From Chiloscyllium plagiosum (lineage: Eukaryota), in contig NC_057718.1 of the NCBI RefSeq assembly GCF_004010195.1, positions 34,559,239-34,623,238 of the forward strand: a stretch of 64,000 bases of DNA. Reading direction: 5' to 3'. This document shows positions 1 through 12,160 of this stretch, in pieces. The notes beneath the pieces were generated by a model that worked only from the letters and a program-made list of their open reading frames with translations, was not told the origin of the DNA and did not search any database. The position numbers and the translations under genes were made by a program. Every line of letters begins with the position of its first letter. The stretch's first letter is position 1.

Positions 1-683
1 CAGAAACATGGCAGTAATTTAGCTCTGCTGCTATTGTCTGCACTTAGGTTTGCTTATTGATTAAACTTCCTCTAGCATATGATTTCCTGCAGCAGGAAGT
101 GATGTCAAAGAACAGACGGTGATGGATGTTTATGAGTTAATAGAGTTGTTTTGAAATATAAAAAATTGTTCTGAGGAGTCAGTAAGTCGCATGTTTTAAA
201 ATGAAGATTGAAATATTTCAATCCTGAGGTATGATAGAAGAAAATATGAATGGATATGTTTTGTGTTAAAAGTTAAAAGGAAACTTTCAAATGTTGCTGA
301 AATCTTTTTGAAATGAAAGTTCTGCCTCATTGTCAACACAGCTGTTAGCAGCTTGTATAATTTGTAATAATTGTATCCAAAACTCCCATATGTGATTTAT
401 TATCCATTCTTTTCTGTATACGAAAAGATTCTGGAGTGTACAGACGATAGAATGGTAACCAACAGGGAAAATCAAATTGGTGTCTAATTAGTGATGGAGT
501 GAAGACACTATATGCTGAATAGCCAACACAGGATTGCACTCATTTTATCATTTATCATATGAATAACAGGTAATTGTTAAAAGCAACAGCTTTTATTACT
601 CCTCTCATTTGAGGAAAAGAAAATCGGTTAAGGTAGAAAATGGCCTTGATAATTGCTGGATTGCACAGTCTGTTCATGCTTAT

Positions 684-1028
684 ATCATAGAATCCCTATA
701 CTGTGGAAAGAGGCCATTTGGCCCATCAAGTTTTCACCAGCCCTCCAAAGAGAATCCCACCCAGACTCAGACCCCTATCTCATCTCCATTACCCTGCATT
801 TACCATGGCTAACCCCCCCTAGCCTGTGCATCTCTGGACACAACAGGGCAATTGAGAATGGCCTGCGCATCTCTGGACTATTGAGAAAACCAGAGAACCC
901 AATGGAAACCCACACAGACACTGAGAACATACACAATCCACACAGACAGTCACCCAAGTCTGAAATCCATCCAGGATTCCTGGCACTGTGAGGCATCAGT
1001 GCTAACCACTGAGCCACTGTGCCACCCC
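684..1028 (-). mobile_element. HE1-like tRNA-derived SINE (diverged)
   Basis: The minus strand begins GGGGTGGCACAGTGGCTCAGTGGTTAGCACTGATGCCTCACAGTGCCAGG (tRNA-like head). The body aligns with the copy at 15140, and the tail is CR1-like. Confidence 0.9.
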
Positions 1029-1499
1029 ATTATACGTTAACACTTAAATGTTATATGTTCCTCTTCTATATAAACTCGTACTTCCATATATATAGTTATA
1101 ATTTTAAAAGTCATAATTCAGCCGATGTCAACAGATGTATGGATATTTGTATGGGGGTTAGTTAACTGGACATCTATTTTGTGATCCTAACAACATGGGT
1201 TTAATTCCCTTACCAGTTGAGAAGGACTCTCAAATTACAGAGCAGTCTTTTGGGACTATACCTTTATATTTTTATAAATATATAAATTCTGGGAGGAAGT
1301 GTGCTTTGAGGGGGTATCAAATGAATGTAAAGTTCGACATGAGAGTTTTCAGAATTTATAATCACACAGAATCCTTCTTTCAATTAAATCCTAATCCAGA
1401 GTGCCTTGCATTCTATATTGATGGGTTGCAGTACACATAAGGACATAATCCAGCAGGAGTTTCTAAGTGTTTCAGAGGCACTATATATCATGCATTGCC

Positions 1500-1850
1500 T
1501 GGTGCGATATATCATTGAGGTTCAAAGCTTAATTCCTTATCAGCACCATATTGGGTGGAAGATTGCTACAAATCTTATCAATGTTCCAAGCTCAGGAGAG
1601 GAAAAACTAGACAAGGTTCCTGCATCTGATTAATGTCCAGTGACCCCTGCTGGAAAGACACCCATCTGTGGAAGAGAACAGGCTTGGGTTTTTCTGTGAT
1701 TTCCCAGTATGGTTAAAAGTTAGCATTCACCATCCTGGCTCAAACATGAAGATTAGTTGCTTGCGTGAAGCATTAAAGTGTTGACAGCATCTATAGAATT
1801 CATGCCAACATGAATCAGTGCCTCCAGAATAGAATAAGAACCAGAGACAA
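1500..1850 (+). mobile_element. Ancient SINE-like repeat, family not named
   Basis: Shares the block AGGTTCCTGCATCTGAT..CCAGTGACCCCTGCTGG with diverged copies at about 17050 and 27010. Confidence 0.5.
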
Positions 1851-2039
1851 CGATGGTTAAAAAGAAAGATAAACTTGTGACATCATTGCGTTTTCAGACT
1901 ATGCTTGGAAGTTTTGTAATTGCTGCTTGAAAGAGTTGAGTCCAATATTAGCTACTCAAGTAAGCCTGCATTTTCCAAAGGCAGTAAACTGGCAAATGTA
2001 TTCCAGAGCATTGTGATGATGTACTGTTATGGATAGATT

Positions 2040-2266
2040 AGGAGAAAGTGAGGACTGCAGATGCTGGAGACCAGAGTTGAAAAATGTGATGCTGGAAAAA
2101 CACAGCAGGTCAGGCAGCATCCGAGGAGAAGGAGAATCGACATTTCGGACATAAGCCCTTCTTCAGGAATCCTGAAGAAGGGCTTATGCCCAAAACGTCG
2201 ATTCTCCTGCTCCTCGGATGCTGCCTGGCCTGCTGTGTTTTTCCAGCATCACATTTTTCAACTCTG
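2040..2266. mobile_element. Penelope-derived fold-back element with hammerhead motifs
   Basis: 97 bp inverted arms (2072-2168 / 2170-2266) and a 32 nt unpaired tail. Flanking duplication CTGTTATGGA(T/A)AGA at 2024-2037 and 2264-2277. Confidence 0.9.
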
Positions 2267-2499
2267 TTATGGAAAGAGTTACACAATATAGAGAGTGAAC
2301 TGGGAACTATTGTGTCACCTCCATGGAGTTATCATCTGAGGCAGATATTGCCATGTGGGTAAAATGAGGAAAACTTGTAGTTATTTAAAATATTTTTATA
2401 TCTAAAGTGTTTTACAGCCAAATAATTAATTATGAAGTGTTCAGGGTTGTGGTGTTGGAAATCTGGCCATCAATTTGCACACATCAGACTCTCATGAAT

Positions 2500-2785
2500 A
2501 TCAATGTGATCAGAATTGTTTTTTGTGATGTTTAGTCAAAGGATAAATATACTGAGGTACCTGGTCGCTGCCCTGCTCTTCATGTATTTTTTTTTAATGT
2601 CCATCTTAGGGCAGATAGACAGAGTTTAATGTCTCATCCAAATAGATAGCATCTTTATCAATGCAGCACTCCCCGGGTACTCCTCCAGAGTGTCACCCTC
2701 AACATTTGAGAGTCATTGATGTAGGATTTGCACCCAGCACATTCTGACTCAGATTCAATAACACTGCCAATCAAACCACAGTTCC
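2500..2785 (-). mobile_element. DeuSINE (SacSINE1-like) relic
   Basis: Deu-domain-like GGGCAGA..GTTTAATGTCTCATCCAAA..AATGCAGCACTCCC, followed by a reverse tRNA-like head. Similar to 39345-39635. Confidence 0.65.
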
Positions 2786-3479
2786 TAACTATTGCATAAA
2801 GAAGCTATGTAAAATCAATAAAAATACTGGATTATTTGATTATGTTTTGAATCAGAAAGAAACATTTATTTTCCTCTTAAATATTCTCTTCTTCAAAGGT
2901 GCTTTGAAATTGGAACTTGGCTCTGTTAGAAAATGCTACAGAATAAAGATCTTACTAAGTTTTTTTCACTTTACCAGTGCCTTAGGCTACAAAAGTGCTC
3001 AATAATATTTTAAGGAAAGTTAACATTAAAAAGATCCCTGAATGACTAAAGCAATACTGCATCTCATGGAATTGTCCTCTTTTGATTTGGCATCCTTCCC
3101 TTGTTTCTGAGATATCTTTGGACAGAACAGCTAAGAAATTTGGTCACACTCTCTGAAATGGCAGAGTGAAAGATCAGATTTTTTTTATGAATCAACAGTG
3201 TGCCATCACTGTATTGGTAAATCAGGGTGGAGTACATCCATCCCAAATTGGTGTCAACTCTTCTGCATATTTCGCCATGACATTTGGATATGCAGTTATG
3301 ATGCCAAGGCACACAAAGCTATGGGGGCCAAGTGTTAGAAATTGGAATAAAACAGTTGGGTTCTTGTTTTTGACTGGCTGGGCTCAAGGACCTTTTTCTG
3401 CCTTGTAAGATCTCTATGATTTTATATGCAAATAAGAAGACTAAATAAGGCACTGTATACTTGGCACAGTACCACGTAA

Positions 3480-3898
3480 AAAGATATGAGTTAGGAGCAG
3501 AAGTAGACCATTCATCCCCTCAAGCTAACTCTGCTATTCTGATTGAATCCCTAATTTAATTTTTACTGCCTGCTCCCTTAATCCTGACTCTTTAAAATGT
3601 CTCTAGTTCAGCCTTCAATAATCCAGCCCCAGTGCTCACTGTAGAAGAGAATTCCAAACACTAACAATGCTTTGGTTGAAGAAATTTTTCCTCATCTCCA
3701 CCTTAGATGAGAGATGCCTTACTTTGGAACTCTGCCCCACTGTCCAAGAATATCCCATGAAGTGAAAGATCCTCTCAGCAGCTACCCTGTTCAGACCTTC
3801 AGAAAGATTACCTCTCATTCTCTTGAATTCCAATGAATATTAAATGCCCATTCCTACGTAAGAGAGCACAAAATCTACACAGTGCTGTAGATGTGGTC
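3480..3898 (-). mobile_element. CR1 LINE 3' fragment
   Basis: Minus-strand ORF LEFKRMRGNL...MRKNFFNQSIVSVWNSL (CR1 ORF2 C-terminus) plus 3' UTR. Runs into the gap. Confidence 0.85.
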
Positions 3899-4398
3899 NN
3901 NNNNNNNNNNNNNNNNNNNNNNNNNNNNNNNNNNNNNNNNNNNNNNNNNNNNNNNNNNNNNNNNNNNNNNNNNNNNNNNNNNNNNNNNNNNNNNNNNNNN
4001 NNNNNNNNNNNNNNNNNNNNNNNNNNNNNNNNNNNNNNNNNNNNNNNNNNNNNNNNNNNNNNNNNNNNNNNNNNNNNNNNNNNNNNNNNNNNNNNNNNNN
4101 NNNNNNNNNNNNNNNNNNNNNNNNNNNNNNNNNNNNNNNNNNNNNNNNNNNNNNNNNNNNNNNNNNNNNNNNNNNNNNNNNNNNNNNNNNNNNNNNNNNN
4201 NNNNNNNNNNNNNNNNNNNNNNNNNNNNNNNNNNNNNNNNNNNNNNNNNNNNNNNNNNNNNNNNNNNNNNNNNNNNNNNNNNNNNNNNNNNNNNNNNNNN
4301 NNNNNNNNNNNNNNNNNNNNNNNNNNNNNNNNNNNNNNNNNNNNNNNNNNNNNNNNNNNNNNNNNNNNNNNNNNNNNNNNNNNNNNNNNNNNNNNNNN
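3899..4398. other. Assembly gap (500 N)
   Basis: Run of N. Confidence 1.
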
Positions 4399-5194
4399 TT
4401 CCTACTCAGGGTTTCTTAATTAGGCACTACATATCTTTGAGTGAGAGATCCCATTGGGAGACCACAAGCAACCCCACGCTACATGTTACCTGCTTGGCAA
4501 TAGTCTGTACAGCAGCAGAAAGATGGCCTAGGGATCTCAAATTGATGGTGTGTAGTTAAGTGGTCAATGGACCTTCCCACTACATGCTTAATCAGCATGG
4601 AAGTGGAAAGGCGACGGAGTCTCCACTTGAAACTATACAACAGCTCAAATGCCCATACCACCTGCACTGCTTTCCTCTCTGTCTTTGTATTGTTAGCAAA
4701 TCTGGCTTTTGACCCAGTGACATGTGTGTTTTAGTTTGTTTTATGTCATATTTTTGGATCCACTTTTTTTTTATAAAGCCAACATAAGAGAGAGAGTTTC
4801 TGGAGTGGTAAAGAGAATTTGCTTGCATTGTGTGCATTTTACAATAAGGCAGAAGTTAACATCAAAAGCATTTCCTTTGAAAAAGAAGGAATTGATTATT
4901 TCTACTTAGCTCAGAACTGCCATAGTTTGGAAAGGTTTTGGTTGCTGTTCACATAAATCCTAGTCAGAAGTCGATGGAGGAACATAGTTCATCCTGAAGA
5001 AAGGAGACATTTTAAAACAGTTAGGAAATAGGTTACTTCATCGTAAGAGTTTAGTTTGAAAATTCCAAGTGTTTAGTTAGGAGCCTGAGCAATTATTTGA
5101 AGTTGAGAAAATCCAAGCTTATTTGTGTGAATAATCAAGGAAGAGCCTACCAAATTATCAAGACTGGAAAGTTAAAGAAACAGGAAAAATTCAA

Positions 5195-5445
5195 ACCTAT
5201 AGGGTTGTGAATCTGTGGAATTACTTGCCCAGTGAAGTGGTTAAGACCATCTTGTTGAATGGTTTTAAAGTAACGATAGTATATTTTTGAACAATAAAGG
5301 AATTAAGGGTTACTCTGAGCGGGCAGGTAAGTGGAGCTGAGGCCTCAAAAAGATCAGCCATGTTCTTATTGAATGGCAGAGCAGGCTCAAGGAATCAGAT
5401 GGCCAGGGATCAGATGGCCTACTCCTGCTCTTATGTTCTTATACA
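5195..5445 (+). mobile_element. CR1 LINE 3' end
   Basis: AGGGTTGTGAATCTGTGGAAT (RVVNLWN) and 3' UTR ...ATGGCCTACTCCTGCTCTTATGTTCTTAT. Confidence 0.8.
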
Positions 5446-5759
5446 TGTGATAGAGAAGAGAATTCTATCTCTGATATTTAAATACTGTAAAGTGATGATG
5501 TTCGGATGCATGGAATTGTGTTATATGTTGGTTTATATAAACTTGGTTTATTCTTTTTATTTTAGTTTCTTTACTCAATAAACTCATGTTTTATTATTAA
5601 AATCAAATCTGCAGCATCACATGCTTGTGTTTTAGTAAGAAACTACCTCTTTGTTTTTCAAAACATCGAGTATGATATATTAAGCCAGATTTCAGTCTGA
5701 CTTGCCCATTAGCTGGTATCATTACACAATGACATGCTTTTGAAACATATTTACTGCTT

Positions 5760-5915
5760 TAATACAGCAACCAATTTTCATACAGCAAACTCCCACAAAC
5801 AGAAATATAATAATGATCCAGACAATTTGTTCTGTGGTCACTTTGGGTGAGGGATAAAGAAATCACACCAAAGATATCACTCTCACTGTTTTTTTGAAAT
5901 GGTGCCATGGATCTT
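5760..5915 (-). mobile_element. DeuSINE 3' fragment
   Basis: CAGCAAACTCCCACAAACAG...GAGGGATAAA...TTGAAATGGTGCCATGGATCTTT is similar to 39345-39490. Confidence 0.5.
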
Positions 5916-6090
5916 TTCCAAAGTAGACAGGCAGGAGGCTGGAAGAACACAGCAAGGCAGGCAGCATCAGGAGGTGTAGAGGTCAATGCTTTGGGTGTAG
6001 CCCTTCTTCAGGACTGGGGGTGGGTGTGATGGGGAGCTGCAGATAAAGGGAGAGGCGCGGGCAGGGTGGTGAAGTGGGAGAGGTGAAGAT
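5916..6090 (-). mobile_element. Penelope 3' terminal fragment (second subfamily), decayed hammerhead
   Basis: The minus strand reads AGTC-CTGAAGA-A-GGGCTACACCC-AAAGCATT-GACC. The terminus is homologous to the copies at 30613 and 50495, followed by a purine-rich 3' UTR. Confidence 0.8.
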
Positions 6091-6806
6091 TTCCAAGCAT
6101 TTAAGCAGGAGGTTGGTGGGGGGGGGGGGGGAGCTGGAAGCAGGAGGTGGGGGTAGTGCGGTCTTGGTAACTGTATCATCTGAAAAACAAACTCTACTTC
6201 CAACAACACAGCACTCTATCAGAGCTGCACTGGATGTGTCGGCCTTGAGTTTGGCCTCATCGTTGTGGAAATTTGTGAAGCAATATTGAAATAATAATAC
6301 AATTCCACACCTCCTAACATCATCGCTTTTTAGTATTTAAGTACCAGGGATAGAGTTCCCTTCTCTATCACATAGAAAAGAACATAATTCAAGTTGGAAA
6401 TTTGTGAAGCAATATTGAAAGTACTTAACAGAGCCATGACTAACACAATGGCTGATCCAACTGTGAATATTGTTAGCAGTGAATTTAAATATGTTGATCT
6501 AGGCCTTGTCATCCAAGCCAGAAACCAACTGGGCTGAAGACAATAAATAACTCTTTGCTTGGTGAACAGTGAACGTTATGCCACTCATCCAAATGTTCTC
6601 CTTTTAAATTAGCTCAGCTGTGCCTGATTATTTTTTTTTAACCGTAGTGTTCCCAACCTGGTTCTCATTTGGAAAGTGTTCCGGCACAGGAAATTACATA
6701 ATGGCCTTTGATGCGAGCTGAGATGTACCTGATTGGACTCTCCTGCAGTTGTGTTCAAAAAGCTGGTTCTTATTTAGAATGTGTTCTGGGACAGCAAACC
6801 ACATCG

Positions 6807-6819
6807 TGACCTTTGACCT
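6807..6819. promoter_or_regulatory. Perfect DR1 nuclear-receptor element
   Basis: TGACCTTTGACCT (AGGTCA-A-AGGTCA on the minus strand) in non-repetitive-looking sequence. Motif only. Confidence 0.35.
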
Positions 6820-7589
6820 GAGCTGAGGTGTACGTGACTGAATTTTCTTTCTGTAATATTTTTAAAGTTGTCTCTGCTTGATCAAGTGTTTTCCGATAGA
6901 GAATAAAGATGTACTGTAGGTTATGAAATTGTTATTTTCATTTCTTGAATGCAGACTTTGTTCCACAGAAGGGCAATACAATTCAATTAATTGGGATTTT
7001 GGAATTTGCAAGTGGTAATATATTCATAAAATGTCCCTGAGCAGATATATTTACTTACGTAATGCATTATATTTCACTTTCATGTAATCTTGCTACCCAT
7101 TTAAAATAAAAGTACTTGTTAGTAGTAGAGTCTTAGCCTGCTATTGCTGCCAGTGTTTTTGAAGTACCAAAATAATTATGTATAAGTCGCTTGTACTCAC
7201 TACTTAAGAAAAATATTTGAATTTTTCTTTTAATTGCCAGTGCTTCATTGAAAAGTATGCACATAAATCCATGCTGTATATATATATAAAAAAATCTAAC
7301 ATAGATATGTCCATATATGTTACATAAAGCACTTGTATTAGGAGATTTGAAAATTCAGTCATTAGCAAAATTATTCCCAGAAAATGCCATGACCCACAGC
7401 TCCTGGGAAATGATGGGAAGGAAAATACTGAAATAATTTAAGAAACAGCTGGGTGCCTTGATGGGAGACTAGTTTCTTTGTGTATCAATGCTAGAGTAGG
7501 ACAAATGACCTTCCTTATCCATATGTATTTTGTGATCTGAAGGTCAACTTATGTCTGATTTTAATGCAGCAGCATTCATATGTAGTTTC

Positions 7590-7800
7590 TTTCAACAGAA
7601 ACATCATAAAGATGAAATTGCACCAAAGGAGCTATGAGGCTCAATGTTAATATTCTTGATAATGAAGAGCCTTAAACAAGGAGTGGGAGATTGAAAGACA
7701 GAAGAGTTAGAAGGAACTGGTACTCTTGAAGTCACTGATGCATAACAGGGTGACATTGTGCTTTGTGGAATTCCAAAGGATTTTTAAGCTTCACACTTTC
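7590..7800 (-). mobile_element. L2 LINE 3' end relic
   Basis: Weak similarity to 34760-35000. Confidence 0.35.
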
Positions 7801-8789
7801 TTGATTTTTCCTTGCCCTATTCAATCTAAATTCTCACAGCTTATTATAGTGACAATTTTGCTACAGCTTTGGATGGAAGATCCACTGGATGAAGGGGAGC
7901 AGCACTTGCCTCAATAATGGGGTATGCAATAAGTGAGCCTGTCAGAGAATAGCAGGTGAGGGTGTTAGCTCATAAAGAAGTTTAAATCAGCTCACAGAAC
8001 TTTTGGTGAAATGTCACGTGCCCTGGCATGGAGAACTGCATTAGGGAGGTCCCACTTCACTGTAAAGCCTCTGCAGCCTCCTGCCACAGAATAGACCTGC
8101 AGTCTTTTGACCCAGGTAACCATGCTGAACAATTTGCTGTTAAAGTTTTACTTAATCATCCAATTCAGTAAGTATGAATACCCAGGCCAGTTTGCAATGC
8201 ACATCTACATCAAACAAGCCACTGTTGCCCAATGGGTAAAGGAGTCTAATATATGACAGCTCATGTGGATGCCAACATGTAAATTGAGAAAACTCTGAGA
8301 GGATTGGGTTCCCCTTATATCTAGGGCATCCTAGACAGTATCATGTCGTCATGAAAGTATTAGTTGGTCAGAAAGATAATTACTCAGAATTTCCCATTGG
8401 GAAAAATAATTTAAGTCCACAGGTAGCTGTCATATCACCTTCAATCTGCCAAACTGATCCAACCTGTGACAATTCCTTCCTTCTTGAAACATAAGAAAAA
8501 CCTAAGAACCTGTAAAGGTCCGGGAGCTCACTACAATATTTCCCATCCAGTATATCATAAACAGAATAGCGAGAGAGGATGGCAGTTGGAGGGGCCAGGA
8601 CAAGACGGAGAGTCAGGTGAGGGAAGAAGAAAAGGATACAAAATGTCTTCTAGACAGACAGGCCAGGGATCAGTTGATAGAACAGAGCCTGGATCAGATA
8701 GAACAGAGCTTCTAGTGACCTGAGTATTCCTGTTAACTGCGAAGAGACATCAAGTCCTTCCTTGTGAATAATGTTTGTTACTCTTAGAA

Positions 8790-9150
8790 CAGTGATGGTC
8801 AAGAGGGGACCTAATACAGATGTATAAGATCATGCGGAGCATATACAGAGTGCCAGGAATGCACTTCTTCCATTAGTAGAGAGATGAATAACCAGGAAGC
8901 AGAGATTTAAGCTAAGAGGTAGAAGGAGAAGAAGATAGGAAAATTTATCATGGAGCCTGATGGGAGTCTGGACCTCATTGCCTGAAAGGATGATTGAGTC
9001 AAAAACGCTTTAATATCAATATTTAGATATCACTTGCATTGCCATTGCCTCCGGAGGTATTGGTAAAAAGGTAGAAAATGAGATTAATATAACCATATCA
9101 TCATAGACATGATGGGCCAAATGGTCTCCTTCTGTTCCATAAACATCTGT
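8790..9150 (+). mobile_element. CR1 LINE 3' end
   Basis: AGAGGGGACCTAATACAGATGTATAAGATCATG (RGDLIQMYKIM) and 3' UTR GATGGGCCAAATGGTCTCCTTCTGT. Confidence 0.8.
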
Positions 9151-9529
9151 GAGTAATTTCTGGAGCTTGCCACATGTTCCAAGATAGAAAAAGGAGAGGT
9201 GATGCAACATGAGATGATACCACACACATTGGAGATTAACTCATTCCCAATTTCAATCATGTTTCTGAATGTCATCAACTCCAAATAGCTTGCACAACTG
9301 TCTGGGTGACACCCTCTCCTGTCCAACAGTGTCTGTTGCAGCACCATCTGCTCATCCCTATAATAAATGCCAATGTTGATGGTGCTTCTTGGAAGAGATG
9401 CTGATGCCTTATCTGGGGAATTGTTCGCTTCCACGTTGTCTTGCACTGAAAGATTTTGCTGCTGGAGATAAACCTTGAGGAGAGAGTAAAGGGACAAGAG
9501 TTAGCCTGTAAATCAGGGGCACAGTAACA

Positions 9530-9649
9530 AGGGCTTATGCCCGAAACGTCGATTCTCCTGTTCCTTGGATGCTGCCAGACCTGCTGCACTTTTCCAGCAA
9601 CACATTTTCAGCTCTGATCTCCAGCATCTGCATCCTCACTTTCTCCTCC
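9530..9649 (+). mobile_element. Penelope-derived short element, 5'-truncated inside the hammerhead
   Basis: Starts AGGGCTTATGCCCGAAACGTCGATTC. Perfect 11 bp TSD GCACAGTAACA at 9519-9529 and 9650-9660. Confidence 0.92.
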
Positions 9650-10379
9650 GCACAGTAACAGACGTCTGGTTTCATGCTATCAAGCTATTTGAATGTCTGT
9701 TCTTCTGAAGTAAGTGAAAGGATTTGAGTAACAGTCAAAGACCCTGTCCAGAGAAGACCATAGCGTCAGATTTCTAGTGCTGATAGCCCATGAAGAGTTT
9801 GTTGCCATAGCTTGGACAGGAGTGCAATGCTTTGTGTGAATTTTGTGTTGAATGCCATGTTCACTTGCAGAAAGAGAGGGCAAGATTGACTGGCTACTGA
9901 ACTAAACTAGAATAGAATGCCCTTTATTGTCATATGTATTCCATTGTAGACGTACAGTGAAAAAACTTTTACAATGTCTGCCTCTTATGGCGCTATCTAA
10001 GGTACAAGTACAAATCTTGGAGAAATAAAAAGCAGCTGCATTACTTTAAAGGGTTTAAAAAATAAGTTAGAAACATTATGGTTTAAGTTAATTATTGGTA
10101 GGAAACAGATAGTAGGGATACAAACAAAGTTCTCAGTTTACAGTATTTGACAAAGACCACCTAATTTAATCTGAAATGCAAGAGGAAGTGATGCCCTAGT
10201 TGCATACAGCATTGCACATTCCTCAACTAATGCACTACACTTAGTTTTACACATAGCATCTTAAGAATGATGTACACTGAATTGGTCTTTGAAAGGGCAC
10301 AAAGAATTGCCAAGCGAGTGCAATCATACTAGAAGCCAAAATTGGAGAACACATAGCATCAACTTAGTTTTGATTCCCC

Positions 10380-10765
10380 AGAGTTTACCAGATTGAGGGG
10401 TGATCTAATTTAATTAAGGTTTTTTTGAAAAAAGGGTTCAGTATTGTAGATACAAAGAAGCTTTTCTTTTCTGATGAGGGAATCTAGAACAAGAAGGCCT
10501 AATCTGAATATTAGAGAGAAATTATTTCTGTGTGTAAGCAAACACAGTTCTTCGCACATAGGGCAGTGGGAATCTCAAATTTTCTTCCCCAAAAAACTGC
10601 AAAAGCTGGATCTAATGATCAGTTTAAGACCGTGGTGGATGGATTTATGTTAGCAAAGTGTATTTGGGGATATGGAATCAGTGTAAGTGTGTTGGGATAC
10701 AGATCAGCCCATGACTTAACTGAAAAGCAGAAAAGGCCAAAGGGGGATGAACATCCTATTCTCTT
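10380..10765 (+). mobile_element. CR1 LINE 3' end (old)
   Basis: TTGAGGGGTGATCTAATT (LRGDLI), FFAHRAVGISNFLP and a CR1-type 3' UTR. Confidence 0.7.
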
Positions 10766-11997
10766 CAAGCATTCATCCGTCACTGAACAAGATTATCTTA
10801 CAGCAGTTTATTACAGAGCAGCTTGGTGATAGTCACCATCATTTCCCTTTAAGAGATGCATTTCCACTTTAAACCTGGAGCCCTATCTGAAAGTGCACTC
10901 TGAAAATAGGCAGGCATCCAGCTCCCCAGACGATTGGATGGTAAACCATGCCAGACGAATTTAAATGATTTCTGGGAGTGAAAGTAGCCCACGCCTGAAA
11001 TTTTAGTCAGCTGGAGTGTTTCTGGCCCTTGCTTGCACCAAATCTACTTTTGATTAAGGTGACAACGTCGGATAAGATTCAGTATTTTTGCTTTGAAACT
11101 TGGACCAGATTTTCAATTTGAGCTAAAGCAAGCCTTAAGATTGGAAGCAAAACTCTACCTTGTTTGACTCTATACAAAAAGCAAAAGAAAAATCAACAAC
11201 ACCCCCTTCATCCTTTTGCTTTCATCCTGCCTCTCTTCCCTCTCCTGGTCAAGTTAATGACACACTTGCAGACTGATTATAACATGAGCGGTAAAAGTTG
11301 AGATTTTCTGACAGCGTGCTGTGTTAACAAAATCAATTTCCACCACTGGAGCTTTGCCTGTCCGTTCCAGCACAAAGGATAAAGGGAATTGTTCTGAAGT
11401 GAAGCTGATATTAAAATTTGCATTGGTTAGCAGGAGTACACCGTGTGTGAGTAGATCCTTCAGGAACAGGGGTGGTGGCTAACAGGGCGTTTTGGGGAGG
11501 TGTTGCTTTTGGCAGCACTGATGTGAACCTGCAGTTTTACTCAGAGTCAAAATTAGCTACAGTTGCACAAGTTCAAACTGCTTCACAGAGAGAAGAACAA
11601 ACTCCATTCACAAAGCACTAATTAAAAAACTTTCACTGCTGCCTCATCATTGCAACAAAGGTTATGGTGGTTTCTTCAGAAATTTCCCTATTCATTGGTC
11701 TCCTCTACACACAGACAAAAAAAGCGTGAAATTCCCATGCTCCTATTTTCAAGTGACTCTACAAGTGCTTTTTTTCAGAACGAAAGTAGCAATTTCCATG
11801 ACCGACTCAGTAATGGCAAGTTTCAAAAATGAATTACAGTGAGATTATTGGCCATGACAGGTGAATAACATCCACCCCTTCATCCATGCCTTCCCAACTT
11901 CTCTGCTTAACACTTTGTTTCAGTCTTCGAAATGGTTTCTCAAAAGAAGTGAATGGATCTCAAAACATTTTATCTTTCCTTGTGATGCAAATGCTAA

Positions 11998-12160
11998 ACT
12001 GGGACAAAGTTAAAAATCACACAACACCAGGTTAGAGCCCAACAGGTTTATTTGGAAGCACTTGCTTTTGGAGAGTTGCTCCTTCATCAGGTAGTTGTGG
12101 AGCAAGACCAGAAGACATAGGATTTACAGCAAAAGATCAGTGTCATGCAACTGAGATGAT
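11998..12160 (-). mobile_element. Penelope 3' terminal fragment (third family) with hammerhead motif
   Basis: Minus strand TAC-CTGATGA-A-GGAG-CAACT-CTCC-AAAA-GC-AA-GTG at 12059-12093. The terminus is homologous to 53710-53790. Confidence 0.75.

Noticed and set aside
2040..2266. MITE, pre-miRNA or terminator interpretation of the palindromes
   Set aside because: The arms are asymmetric (a tail on one side), centres and TSD lengths vary between copies, and the sequence is contiguous with a Penelope GIY-YIG fragment at 28556.
3833..4559. Longest ORFs in the track (196 and 222 aa)
   Set aside because: They run through the N gap.
4720..5727. Possible solo LTR (TG...CA ends, AATAAA near 5577)
   Set aside because: No TSD or second copy could be verified by eye.
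9084..9497. 137 aa minus-strand ORF as a host exon
   Set aside because: No recognisable domain, and it runs into a CR1 tail. It may be old transposon sequence.
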